Assembly (NCBI GenBank): GCA_965246715.1 | Contig: CBDFFH010000012.1 | Coordinates: forward strand, 112,875 to 176,874 | Source: Chamaesiphon sp. | GTDB lineage: Bacteria; Cyanobacteriota; Cyanobacteriia; Cyanobacteriales; Chamaesiphonaceae | Length of the DNA: 64,000 nt | Reading direction: 5' to 3' | In this document: one piece after another, positions 30,768 to 40,169 of the stretch | Layout: every line of letters starts with the position of its first letter | How positions within the stretch are numbered: position 1 is the first letter of the stretch | Translations under genes and position numbers: made by a program | The notes under the pieces: generated by a model | What the model was told of the DNA's origin: nothing | What the model saw: the letters and a program-made list of their open reading frames with translations, nothing else | Database searches by the model: none

Positions 30768-31006
30768 AACGTGAGTTCGGGATAAGGAAAATCGATCTGC
30801 TCCGTTCAAGCACCGCCCTGAACTATAAGTGTTTCGTTCCGAAAGGCTACGCCAACGGGCTAATAGCAAAAGTTCGTTGAAACGAACTAATCAATTGGGC
30901 AGTTCTCTGAAGAGAACTTTTGCTATGAGCAACTAATTCATTTGAGGGCGGTTCAGAAACGAAGCTAGGAGTCATTAAGTGGACATCTTTAACCCGAACT
31001 CACGTT
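30768..31006. mobile_element. MITE with nested REP and small dispersed repeat
   Basis: TIR AACGTGAGTTCGGG / CCCGAACTCACGTT; flanking direct repeat AACT (or TAACTA if the ends are trimmed 1 bp). Confidence 0.85.
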
Positions 31007-31093
31007 AACTAGGGAGATCTCGATCGAAAACCTTTAAAAAATCATTCAAATCACTGGTTATAAAATCCATAACTTTCACACTTCATAATTTAG

Positions 31094-31768
31094 ATGATAA
31101 CTGTAGCCTTACCGAAAGGTGCTTTACTCAAAGATTGTATCAGCCTATTTCAGTCTGTTGGTTTAGACTTTAGTGCATTTTTAGATAAAAATAATCGTCA
31201 ACTGCAAATAACCGATCCGACAAATCGCGCCAGAGCTTTGCTCGTGCGCACGCATGATGTGCCTGTGTATGTAGAATACGGCCAAGCACAACTCGGGATT
31301 GCTGGTTATGATGTAATTCGGGAAAAAACTCCCAAAGTCGCTCAATTAGTCGATCTAAAATTTGGCACCTGTCGGCTGTCGGTAGCAGTCAAAGCCGATA
31401 GCCCTTATCAAACTACGTTAGATTTGCCCACACATGGCAGAGTTGCTTCCAAATTCGTCCATTGTGCGCGAGCGTACTTCGATAGTATCGATCTACCTGT
31501 TGAAATCGTTCCACTATATGGCTCGGTCGAATTAGGCCCAATTACGGGCATGTCAGAAGCGATTGTCGACTTAGTTTCTACAGGGACGACACTTCGAGAA
31601 AATGGTTTGATCGAAATCGAGACTCTATTTTATAGTAGCGCTCGATTGATCGCACATCCACTCAGTTATCGGATCGATCGAGACTCACTTGGCGATCTAG
31701 TCGAGCAAATTAGAACGAATTGTTTAACTACCCCCAGTTCTGCGGAAACAGTAACTAGTGGATCCTAA
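31094..31768 (+). CDS. hisG: ATP phosphoribosyltransferase, short form
   Basis: [38 protein letters not shown]. Confidence 0.97.
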   Translation: MITVALPKGALLKDCISLFQSVGLDFSAFLDKNNRQLQITDPTNRARALLVRTHDVPVYVEYGQAQLGIAGYDVIREKTPKVAQLVDLKFGTCRLSVAVKADSPYQTTLDLPTHGRVASKFVHCARAYFDSIDLPVEIVPLYGSVELGPITGMSEAIVDLVSTGTTLRENGLIEIETLFYSSARLIAHPLSYRIDRDSLGDLVEQIRTNCLTTPSSAETVTSGS

Positions 31769-31778
31769 AATATAGTAA

Positions 31779-32423
31779 ATGAAGTCTAAAGCTACGATTA
31801 TTGCGATCGCCTTATTCTGTATTATTGCCACTGTTGTTGGAATCTACTTACTTGGTGGCATAAATCAAAAAGATTTGCAATTATGGTTGCAAAAGATGGG
31901 AATGTGGGCACCAATTATCTACATCTTAATCTACTCGATCGCGACTATCTGCATTCTCCCTTCTACACCCCTCAATCTCACGGGAGGCGCGATCTTTGGC
32001 TCTGTCTGGGGTACCGTTTGGACGAGTATTGCTGCTATTTTAGCAGCGATGTTATCCTTTGGATTCAGTCGGACGATCGGGCGTAATTTAGTCGAGAAAA
32101 GACTAGCTGGTAAATGGCAATCGATCGATCGCGAAATGCACCAAGGTGGTTTCTTTTACATGTTTGCGATTCGGTTATTACCCCTGATTCCGTATGGACT
32201 GGTTAATTTTGCAGCAGGGTTGACTTCGATTAAATTTCGCGACTATTTCTTTGGGACGTTGCTCGGGACAGTCCCTGGAATTTTGCCCTTTGTGATGATG
32301 GGCGCGGGTTTAACTGCACTCAAACAAGGTGATGTGTTCCCCATGCTGATCGCACTAGCTTTAACCGGAATCTTGGTGGGTACGGCGACATGGTATCGGC
32401 GACACAATCGTCCGCCTGTCTGA
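31779..32423 (+). CDS. TVP38/TMEM64 (VTT/DedA) membrane protein
   Basis: LPSTPLNLTGGAIFG, IRLLPLIPYGLVNFAAGL. Confidence 0.9.
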   Translation: MKSKATIIAIALFCIIATVVGIYLLGGINQKDLQLWLQKMGMWAPIIYILIYSIATICILPSTPLNLTGGAIFGSVWGTVWTSIAAILAAMLSFGFSRTIGRNLVEKRLAGKWQSIDREMHQGGFFYMFAIRLLPLIPYGLVNFAAGLTSIKFRDYFFGTLLGTVPGILPFVMMGAGLTALKQGDVFPMLIALALTGILVGTATWYRRHNRPPV

Positions 32424-32471
32424 GGTGTAGACCTGATGTGTCCCTAAAAGTGGCACCACAACAAATTTAGA

Positions 32472-33311
32472 TTATTCAGCATCGACTTTTGAATTAATTG
32501 CTTCGCGAATGTCCGCAGGTACACTGGTAAAAAACTTGTACCCAGTTAACTGTTCTACTTCCTTAACTGAAACCCGATATTGTTGCCAGGGGTCGGATTT
32601 AATCCCTTGTTTATTCGGAATGATAACGGCAATCGTGCGCGTATTGCGATCGACTCCAGCTACACCAGAATTGGGCTTGTCGCTAACTAAAATAACTTTC
32701 CACGTTACGGCTGGGATGACGACTTTTCCATGCCCTACAGTCGCTTTTAGCCCCTTTTCCCCAATCCCACCTTGTCCGTGTCCGCCGGAAACGATAAATA
32801 GTTCCTTTCCCGATTTGACTAACTTACGAGAGTAGTTTTCTAGCTCCACCCAGACACCGCGATTATTATCGGGCGCTTGGGGGATGATATTCGTCATTAA
32901 AAAAGTGGGAATATTATCTTCAGCCGATCGACTGCGATCTTCGGAATTTGCCATGTGACCGCGATCGAAACCGCTGCCCGTATAGTCTGCGGGTTTTATT
33001 CGCTCCCAGTCTGTGGGTAATTCTTCATCAGGTGCGAATTTACCCACTCGATGAGCATCGCCCAGCCAAGACGCATTCAGTTCCCAGGATACCCAATTCG
33101 GAATCCCTTTATTTTTGGCATAAGAGAGTGCGTACTGAGGACGGGCAATCAGGTAGTTTTCAGAGTTGCTAGGGGAACTAGTCGCTTGCGACGGATTCCC
33201 CATCAGGAGGTTGATGTTGCCCTTGGTATCGCCAGGGTCGTTGGGATTGCGACATGCGCCTAAACTAATCCCGATCGTTAAAATCAGTATCCAAGCTATT
33301 TGTTTACGCAC
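32472..33311 (-). CDS. nucA: sugar-nonspecific DNA/RNA endonuclease, predicted lipoprotein
   Basis: lipobox LGAC; PNWVSW, FDRGH, TFLMTNIIPQ, WVELE. Confidence 0.92.
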   Translation of the reverse strand: MRKQIAWILILTIGISLGACRNPNDPGDTKGNINLLMGNPSQATSSPSNSENYLIARPQYALSYAKNKGIPNWVSWELNASWLGDAHRVGKFAPDEELPTDWERIKPADYTGSGFDRGHMANSEDRSRSAEDNIPTFLMTNIIPQAPDNNRGVWVELENYSRKLVKSGKELFIVSGGHGQGGIGEKGLKATVGHGKVVIPAVTWKVILVSDKPNSGVAGVDRNTRTIAVIIPNKQGIKSDPWQQYRVSVKEVEQLTGYKFFTSVPADIREAINSKVDAE

Positions 33312-33350
33312 ACTCTTTCAAAGTCTAAACTGCGTGCTAGCCAACGACGG

Positions 33351-33656
33351 TCATCCCTCACCTTCAGCAGCACTAGGAGCATCATTATGATACAGCGCAT
33401 CCAATCTCGTGCGTGCATCCTCGACACTAATCGACTTCATCACTAGTAGTGGCTCGTTGGTGATATTGCCCATATCGTCGAGTAATTCGGGATGAGGTAC
33501 CGTGCCGTTGCGATAGCCATAATTTCGCAGATTGTTATTGGACATCGCTCTTGGCTGTGATGCGTCCATGCTAAATCCAATCAAACTGCGAATCAGATTA
33601 CCGATCGCGAGAAATGCCAAAATAGTGAAAGCGATTAGATAGATTATTTGCAACAT
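33351..33656 (-). CDS. DUF2973-like protein
   Basis: N-terminal TM helix; PHPELLD...EPLLVM. Confidence 0.85.
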   Translation of the reverse strand: MLQIIYLIAFTILAFLAIGNLIRSLIGFSMDASQPRAMSNNNLRNYGYRNGTVPHPELLDDMGNITNEPLLVMKSISVEDARTRLDALYHNDAPSAAEGEG

Positions 33657-33838
33657 GTCGATGTCCTCCACTACAAGCGAGGAATTAGAGATAGTAAGTG
33701 GGAAATCCGCAACATCTGGTCTCAGCAAATCGAGCTGCTGGCGATCGAGATCGATACAACTACCGTAGCTCGCCATGAGAGCGGATATCCTGAGACCGTC
33801 GATTTAGCTTTTATGAGAAATTCAGACGAACGAGGCAG

Positions 33839-34168
33839 TTATTCTTCTATTCTAGACTGTTGCGACTGTCTTAACTGCATCGACACTTGCCAACATTCAG
33901 TGACGAGTTGATGCCATGCAATCATTTGGCTGGGTTCGATCCCCGCTTGTCCGTCTACCGCTTGGAACAGCATTTTGGCTACGCTGACCTCTTGTTGTGC
34001 GTGTTTGACCCGCGCCAACAAGCTTGCTTGGGCGCGGGGACTTAGAAAGGCAATTGGTTCGCGTTCTAATAATTCGATCGAACGACCAAACCAGTAGTCA
34101 AAGTCTACAAGTAAGGGCTGGAGAATGTTTTGCAGCAGTTCGTGCTCGGAAGGGTGAGATTTAGACAT
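33839..34168 (-). CDS. DUF2605-like protein
   Basis: ILQPLLVDFDYWF, WHQLVTECW. Confidence 0.85.
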   Translation of the reverse strand: MSKSHPSEHELLQNILQPLLVDFDYWFGRSIELLEREPIAFLSPRAQASLLARVKHAQQEVSVAKMLFQAVDGQAGIEPSQMIAWHQLVTECWQVSMQLRQSQQSRIEE

Positions 34169-34366
34169 ACTTAGTAAATAGAAAATTGTTATATATTATT
34201 TATTTTAGTCGTTTTTTACAATTCTTAACGTAAAAATTTAGAATTATTTGGCGCGGGGATCGGGAAAAAGTTACTTTAGAACGCAAAAATCCAAGCAACT
34301 CTCGACCATGTGGATGTCAGCAACCGTGAGTTGGCGAGGTACCATAAGATGACCGCCTACCGAGCT

Positions 34367-34402
34367 TTGACTTTTGTACTCGATCGAGAGTATAATAGTA
34401 CG
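34367..34402 (+). promoter_or_regulatory. recA promoter with overlapping LexA box
   Basis: -35 TTGACT (34367-72), 18-bp spacer, -10 TATAAT (34391-96); AGTATAATAGTACG (34389-34402) fits the cyanobacterial LexA consensus RGTACNNNDGTWCB with one mismatch. Confidence 0.75.
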
Positions 34403-34474
34403 TATAAACTAAGCTTTTGGTTGTTAAACTAAGGCAAGTCAATTTCACTTTTCCCTTGTTATATAGAGGCATTA

Positions 34475-35554
34475 ATGGCAAACCAGATCGCGAATAGCCC
34501 AGATAGACAGAAAGCCCTCAACCTAGTCCTTGCCCAGATCGAGAAATCTTTTGGCAAAGGGGCAATTATGCGGCTCGGCGATGCTACTCGGATGCGGGTA
34601 GAAACTATTTCGAGTGGAGCGATGACCCTGGATATTGCTTTGGGCGGTGGATTACCCAAAGGAAGAGTCATTGAAATTTATGGGCCTGAAAGTTCTGGGA
34701 AGACTACCCTCGCCCTCCATGCGATCTCAGAAATCCAACGTGCGGGCGGTGTTGCCGCATTCGTCGATGCAGAACATGCACTCGATCCCACTTATTCAGC
34801 GGCATTGGGCGTAGATATCGACAATCTGCTCGTCTCACAACCCGACTCAGGCGAAGCCGCACTAGAAATCGTCGATCAATTAGTTCGCTCCGCCGCTGTC
34901 GATATCGTGGTAATTGACTCGGTAGCCGCACTCGTACCCCGCGCCGAAATCGAGGGTGATATGGGCGACTCCCATATGGGTTTACAAGCACGCTTGATGA
35001 GCCAAGCGCTGCGGAAAATCACGGGTAATATCTCTAAATCCGGCTGTACCGTAATTTTCATCAACCAACTCCGTCAGAAAATCGGGATCGTCTATGGTAG
35101 TCCCGAAACGACTACTGGTGGTACGGCGCTGAAATTCTACGCATCGGTACGCCTGGATATTCGCCGGATTCAAACGCTCAAACGCGCGAATGATGGTGAA
35201 TATGGTAACCGTGTCAAAGTTAAAGTTGCTAAAAACAAAGTCGCGCCGCCATTCCGGATTGCCGAGTTCGATATTATCTTTGGTAAAGGTATTTCGACTG
35301 TCGGTTGTTTGGTAGATCTCGCCGAAGAAACTGGCATCATCACTCGTCGCGGTGCTTGGTATAGCTACGAAGGCGATAATCTCGCTCAAGGACGCGACAA
35401 TACCGTCAAGTACATGGAAGAGAATGCCGAGTTTGTCGCTAAAGTCGAGAAACAAGTGTGGGAAAAACTCAACGCAGGTACGGCTGTCTCCGCGAATACG
35501 CTCAAACAAGCTGAGGAAGAGGAAGAAGTTGTAGAAGTAGAACCAGAAGTATAA
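34475..35554 (+). CDS. recA: recombinase A
   Basis: [30 protein letters not shown]. Confidence 0.99.
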   Translation: MANQIANSPDRQKALNLVLAQIEKSFGKGAIMRLGDATRMRVETISSGAMTLDIALGGGLPKGRVIEIYGPESSGKTTLALHAISEIQRAGGVAAFVDAEHALDPTYSAALGVDIDNLLVSQPDSGEAALEIVDQLVRSAAVDIVVIDSVAALVPRAEIEGDMGDSHMGLQARLMSQALRKITGNISKSGCTVIFINQLRQKIGIVYGSPETTTGGTALKFYASVRLDIRRIQTLKRANDGEYGNRVKVKVAKNKVAPPFRIAEFDIIFGKGISTVGCLVDLAEETGIITRRGAWYSYEGDNLAQGRDNTVKYMEENAEFVAKVEKQVWEKLNAGTAVSANTLKQAEEEEEVVEVEPEV

Positions 35555-35570
35555 AGCGAAGGTTCGATCG

Positions 35571-35619
35571 AGGGCGGTAAGTTAGGAATCTAAATCCTAG
35601 TTTACCGCCCTTATTTTAT
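35571..35619 (+). terminator. recA terminator
   Basis: AGGGCGGTAA...TTACCGCCCT stem followed by a T-rich tail. Confidence 0.7.
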
Positions 35620-35689
35620 TGGATTATTTATTTTCGGAGATTCCTGAAGCCGTTCGTGAGATGACAAAAGCATTGCATCGAGTTGTGGA

Positions 35690-36013
35690 GATCTACGTAT
35701 TTCATCAAACCATCGATAAATTGTCGCTTGACTGCTAACAAAATACTTTTGAGCTATGGAAAGCCATTTCCCTAATCCCAGTAATCCCTCCGTCCAGTTT
35801 TCCTTTGTCTCAAATATTTCTCGAAAATCCTCCTTCAGCCGATGGTTCTGGTGTAATTTGTCGCTTTTCAAACCACTTTCAATTAGACTATACTTAACAA
35901 TAGAATGCCTCCCATGTGAATCACCACTTAGATTTTTATGGTAATTACACACATTTATCAATTCTTATTTGCCATATTTACTATCGATCGAGCATACTAA
36001 GTAGTGAAGAGCC
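35690..36013 (-). pseudogene. internally deleted ISL3 remnant
   Basis: one IR (GGCTCTTCACTACTTAGTATGC, 36013-35992); peptide SDKLHQNHR joined to LKEDFREIFE...TIYRWFDEI, matching two distant parts of the intact transposase at 49615-50853. Confidence 0.85.
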
Positions 36014-36094
36014 TTAAATCCTTATTCCTAAAGTTAGAATGAAGGTACGATCGAGGGGCGATTGCTAATGCAGATAACAAGCTGTGCGAATGTC

Positions 36095-36583
36095 ATGGTA
36101 ATTCTGATTATGGGAGTTTCTGGTTCTGGTAAAACGACGATCGGCGAAATGCTCGCCCAGAAACAGCACTGGCAATTCAAGGATGCAGATGACTTTCATC
36201 CCCAGGCAAATATCGATAAACTGCATCGGGGAGAACCGCTCACCGATGAGGATCGCCGCCCCTGGCTGCAAGTACTCCGACAGGAGATCGACGCAGCCAT
36301 TCAAGCAAATACCAATTTGATTCTGGCTTGTTCGGCGCTAAAAGCTACCTATCGTCAGATTTTGGAAGACGATCGACCGGAGCTAGTGAAATTTGTATAT
36401 CTCAAAGGTTCGTTCGAGCTAATCCAACAACGACTTAAAGAACGTCACGGACACTTTATGAATCCCGATTTACTACGCAGTCAATTTGATGATTTGGAAC
36501 CACCAGAAGATGCGATCGTCGTAAATATCGAACAGTCCGTAGCGGAGAGCGTCCGCCAGATTGAAGCTAGTCTTCAGCTGTAA
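36095..36583 (+). CDS. gluconokinase (GntK/IdnK type)
   Basis: GVSGSGKT, DADDFHP, PLTDEDRRPWL, ACSALK, HFM...SQF. Confidence 0.93.
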   Translation: MVILIMGVSGSGKTTIGEMLAQKQHWQFKDADDFHPQANIDKLHRGEPLTDEDRRPWLQVLRQEIDAAIQANTNLILACSALKATYRQILEDDRPELVKFVYLKGSFELIQQRLKERHGHFMNPDLLRSQFDDLEPPEDAIVVNIEQSVAESVRQIEASLQL

Positions 36584-36605
36584 GTCTTTTTCACGATAGT
36601 TGTTA

Positions 36606-36784
36606 GAGGCTGTCTGAAAAGTCCAATCATTGTTAGCCTAGCGATTGAAATCGCCGCTACATTTGCAAAACCTGCCTACGCAGGTTAAAGAAACTGTTAG
36701 TGGGCGTGGCGATGCGCGCCAAGACAGCCGGACTTAGATCGTGTAGGCGCTGTTTTAACCGCTGTTCACTTTTCAGACATCCTC
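36606..36784. mobile_element. MITE (179 bp) with TTA target duplication
   Basis: TIR GAGGCTGTCTGAAAAGT / ACTTTTCAGACATCCTC; TTA on both flanks; REP-like interior. Confidence 0.85.
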
Positions 36785-36875
36785 TTATGCATAGATCGAG
36801 CACTCTATCGACTCATAGACTTATTTGGGAATAATAAAGGCATCTAACTACTTACTCTCAAAATACAGGTTACAG

Positions 36876-37835
36876 ATGTCTTCCCAAAATAGCATAGAAT
36901 TATTTAATGCAGAATGGAAAGCAAGTATCAAAAAATTTAAATCGATTGCTGGCTTGAAGTCACTAAATATCGATCTAAAACATCCTCAAACTAAGCAACC
37001 CATGACCGCTTACGAACAGATGCCAGATGCTTATGCAGAATGGATGGAGATTAGCTCTGCGTGGGATAAAGAAAGCTTGTTTTTTTCGATTATCTATGAT
37101 GCGGTTGGGCAATACATGAAGCCTTGGCAAGTTGCCAACTACTTGACGATCGATCGCAATGCATCTCAGGCATTCGATATTTTGACAGAAGCTAGCAACA
37201 AGGGAAATCTGGGTGAAGATTATCCTTCACATTGTGCCGCTTTAGCAAAGAGTCTATGCTCGCTGACATATTTTGATGAGTCGTTAGTTTGGGCAAAAAA
37301 AGCATGTCAAGCCGAATCTAATAACCAACATTTTAAGATTGTGTTAGCAGATGCTCACTTTTTGTCTGGCGACTGCGATCGAGCCTGTAAAATGTATGGC
37401 AAGCGTGTATCTTTCGTTCCTCCGTCGCCAAGCGAATCTGTAAGCGAGATGTTTTTAGTAACTTTCTCGATCGAACATGGAGCAGTCCCATCGCCAGTAT
37501 TTGCGATCCAGATCGGAAGACAGTTAAGTAATCCCAATCAGGCGGAAGAGTTTTGGAAGTTGGCCGAAGCAGAATTTTATTATAGTCCCTACTTTCGAGC
37601 AGAACATGCTTATCATTTAGCTGAAAAAGGCCGTAATGAAGAATGTTTGGCTAAGTTAATTGCTTTAGTACAAGAAATGCCTTGGTTACAAGAAGCTAGC
37701 ATAAATCTCAAGTCCTTATTCGACTGCTTTAATCGAAGTGGCGAGCGCATTATGCCAGACTTCCAACAAGAATTATCTCAAAGAATCAAAGATCGTGGTT
37801 GGAAGGGTAAAGGAATTTTTGCAGTAGCAGCATAA
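36876..37835 (+). CDS. hypothetical helical-repeat (TPR-like) protein
   Basis: long ORF with TPR-like segments (LAKSL...ESLVWAKKA; LADAHFLSGDCDRA). Confidence 0.7.
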   Translation: MSSQNSIELFNAEWKASIKKFKSIAGLKSLNIDLKHPQTKQPMTAYEQMPDAYAEWMEISSAWDKESLFFSIIYDAVGQYMKPWQVANYLTIDRNASQAFDILTEASNKGNLGEDYPSHCAALAKSLCSLTYFDESLVWAKKACQAESNNQHFKIVLADAHFLSGDCDRACKMYGKRVSFVPPSPSESVSEMFLVTFSIEHGAVPSPVFAIQIGRQLSNPNQAEEFWKLAEAEFYYSPYFRAEHAYHLAEKGRNEECLAKLIALVQEMPWLQEASINLKSLFDCFNRSGERIMPDFQQELSQRIKDRGWKGKGIFAVAA

Positions 37836-37842
37836 TGAATAT

Positions 37843-38793
37843 TTAGGCAGGGCGGTACTCGTTCGATTGCGGCTGAGAATCGAATAAATGATTGAGAAAA
37901 CTATTACTCAATTCCCGATTCCAAGCGTGCAATCTGACCATTACCCGCGAGAATGTAAAAGCTAATTCTACGGCATCTACCGTTGTCGCTACTCCCAAAA
38001 TATTGCCACTGTGAGTACGTTCGCCCTGATGGTGGCTCATCAAACTGACGATATTGTGTGCGGAACCCTTGAGCTGCTTGAAATAAGTACCATCGAATGC
38101 CCACCGACAAAAGCCCCAAAATTTGGCGAGGTGATTGACTTCATCTTGGAGCGGTTGGGCGATCGCTTGTTGCAGAGCGCCAGTAGAATGCGCCATCAAC
38201 CACAGGTAGACAGAAGTAGCGCCCCATTCTGTCGAAATCCGGCTGAGGGTATGGCGATAGACATCTGCCAATGCCGATTTACTAGCTCCATCGCTATCGA
38301 CGCTATTGGGTTTGGGTTGGAGTTTTTCACCTGTAAGTAAATGATAGATTTTTTTGAATGTCGGTGCGTGTTGGCGTTCTTCTTTTTCCCAAATCCCCAT
38401 AGTAACGATCGATCCATCTGGACGTTGTTCGCCACCGAGGAAGTATGCCATCTGGGGATGAAGGGATTTCATATAATTCCAGCTTTCGTTGGAATATTCA
38501 CGAATCGGGGTTTCGATCTCTGTCGCTCCAGCCACGAGCATGATAAATAAATCCGGATCGACACCGATAATTTGCTCGCGGGAAATGCCTTTCCAATCGA
38601 TCGGTTCCCAAACTCTGGTATGTGGTTGGGAAAATTGCGTAGGTAAGTCGCTCAGGCGGTGGCTGAGAATCTCGATCGACAGATACCGATCGATTAACCG
38701 ATTCATCCGCGCTCTGATTTGCAAATAATTAGGATATGCGGGGCAGTAGCCAGCTAAGTCGGTACAGAGTTGAATTTGGTTGGTCGCGTTCAT
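37843..38793 (-). CDS. ferritin-like diiron carboxylate protein
   Basis: EIE...EERQH and TEW...DEVNH pairs (E...ExxH twice). Confidence 0.85.
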   Translation of the reverse strand: MNATNQIQLCTDLAGYCPAYPNYLQIRARMNRLIDRYLSIEILSHRLSDLPTQFSQPHTRVWEPIDWKGISREQIIGVDPDLFIMLVAGATEIETPIREYSNESWNYMKSLHPQMAYFLGGEQRPDGSIVTMGIWEKEERQHAPTFKKIYHLLTGEKLQPKPNSVDSDGASKSALADVYRHTLSRISTEWGATSVYLWLMAHSTGALQQAIAQPLQDEVNHLAKFWGFCRWAFDGTYFKQLKGSAHNIVSLMSHHQGERTHSGNILGVATTVDAVELAFTFSRVMVRLHAWNRELSNSFLNHLFDSQPQSNEYRPA

Positions 38794-38903
38794 GAGAGTT
38801 TTTCCTGGGTGAAGTGGTTGATATTTGCATTCTCACAGCCAAATCGGTGAGATCGCCATGAGTAACCACTACCAGGGGGAACTGGGGTGAAGTAAGATGA
38901 AGT

Positions 38904-39111
38904 TAGTGGATAGTGGTTAGTGACTAGTGGCTAGTGAATGGCAATGCTGGGCTTTTGGTATTCGTAGCTTGCCTGAGTAAAGGGGATAGTGGCTAGTGAT
39001 TAGTAAAGATGGGCTTTTAAGCTTCACAGCTTGCATCGGTAAATAAAAACTGATGAAGTAGGCACAAAACTTCCTTACTCTGAAGTACTAGGCACTAGTC
39101 ACTAGCCACTA
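38904..39111. repeat. inverted blocks of TAGTGGC/CACTAGC heptamers enclosing an imperfect duplication
   Basis: TAGTGGA TAGTGGT TAGTGAC TAGTGGC ... CACTAGT CACTAGC CACTA; two related units at about 38925-38982 and 38988-39043. Confidence 0.75.
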
Positions 39112-39142
39112 AAACACCAATAACTTTGTTTCGATACAAGAT

Positions 39143-40144
39143 GTGAGCAAATTTGAGTTGGATTTGTGGTTCGATCGGGTGCGCCAGGAGCAAGCGATCG
39201 CTAAATTAGTAGAACGGGTGGGCTTGACACGCTCCCGTGCTGAGTGTTTTCTGCGCTTGTGGATTTATCTCACCGTCAAGCAAAAATTGGAACGGGATGC
39301 CAAACTGAAACCGCCATTAGCCGAACTATCGCTGCTGTGCGCGCCCGTCAGTTGCTCTCAGACAGAAGCGGCGGAGTTGTTTTATTACGATAAAGAGCGG
39401 GGTAGCGATCGATCTGCTGGCATGATGCTAGATAAATTAGCGGCACTCCGGTTGATTCAGAAGCAATTCGATGGCAATATCACACGGATTGAAATCGTCG
39501 ATGTGCCGCAATTACGCGAAACAGCCCCCGCTGAAGTAGCACTGAAGATAACCGCCTTCGAGCCGCGATGCGATGCGATTCCAGTTGCAAATCTATTAGC
39601 AGCAAACTACAACTGGATGAACCGCAATCATGAAACAACACCCCAACGAATTACCAATTTGCTAAGAAAATGGGCGAGTCAATACGATCGCGGGATGCGG
39701 GTATTACGCCGCACTGACAATCTCAACCCCGTCGGCTTTTACATGATGTATCCAACCGTACCCGCCTCGGATGCTAACTTTTTTATATCGCCGAGTAAGA
39801 GTTTGCATTTGAGTGCGATCGGGGATGTCGATCCGTTTGTGATGGCGGAATCCGGCGACTTAGATTGTGTCTCGATTTTCATTCGGAGTTGGGCGATCGA
39901 TCGGGAATATCTCGATCGGTATCGCGTCCCATTGTTAGTCGATTGTCAACAAACTTTAACCGCCATGCAACAAGATTTCCCAAATTTATGTGACTTATAC
40001 ACTATGATTATTCATCCCAGTTACGAGCGCCAAGCCTCGGCACTCGGCTTTCAATTCATGAGTCGCGATCGCCAATTATCTCTGCATTGGATGTATTTGC
40101 CACTCGATCGATTTTTAGCCCTAGATATTGCTGCTTGTTTTTAA
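39143..40144 (+). CDS. hypothetical protein; putative winged-HTH + GNAT-like fusion
   Basis: CSQTEAAELFY...SDRSAGMMLDKLAALRLI (wHTH-like); PVGFYMMYP...FIRSWAID...ASALGF (GNAT-like). Confidence 0.75.
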   Translation: MSKFELDLWFDRVRQEQAIAKLVERVGLTRSRAECFLRLWIYLTVKQKLERDAKLKPPLAELSLLCAPVSCSQTEAAELFYYDKERGSDRSAGMMLDKLAALRLIQKQFDGNITRIEIVDVPQLRETAPAEVALKITAFEPRCDAIPVANLLAANYNWMNRNHETTPQRITNLLRKWASQYDRGMRVLRRTDNLNPVGFYMMYPTVPASDANFFISPSKSLHLSAIGDVDPFVMAESGDLDCVSIFIRSWAIDREYLDRYRVPLLVDCQQTLTAMQQDFPNLCDLYTMIIHPSYERQASALGFQFMSRDRQLSLHWMYLPLDRFLALDIAACF

Positions 40145-40169
40145 CTGGCGATCGAACTCTTTTCCACGT

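Noticed and set aside
34982..35509. 175-aa ORF antisense to recA, and similar shadow ORFs inside ftsH, pepN, wzc and others
   Set aside because: Fully overlap well-supported genes; explained by codon bias
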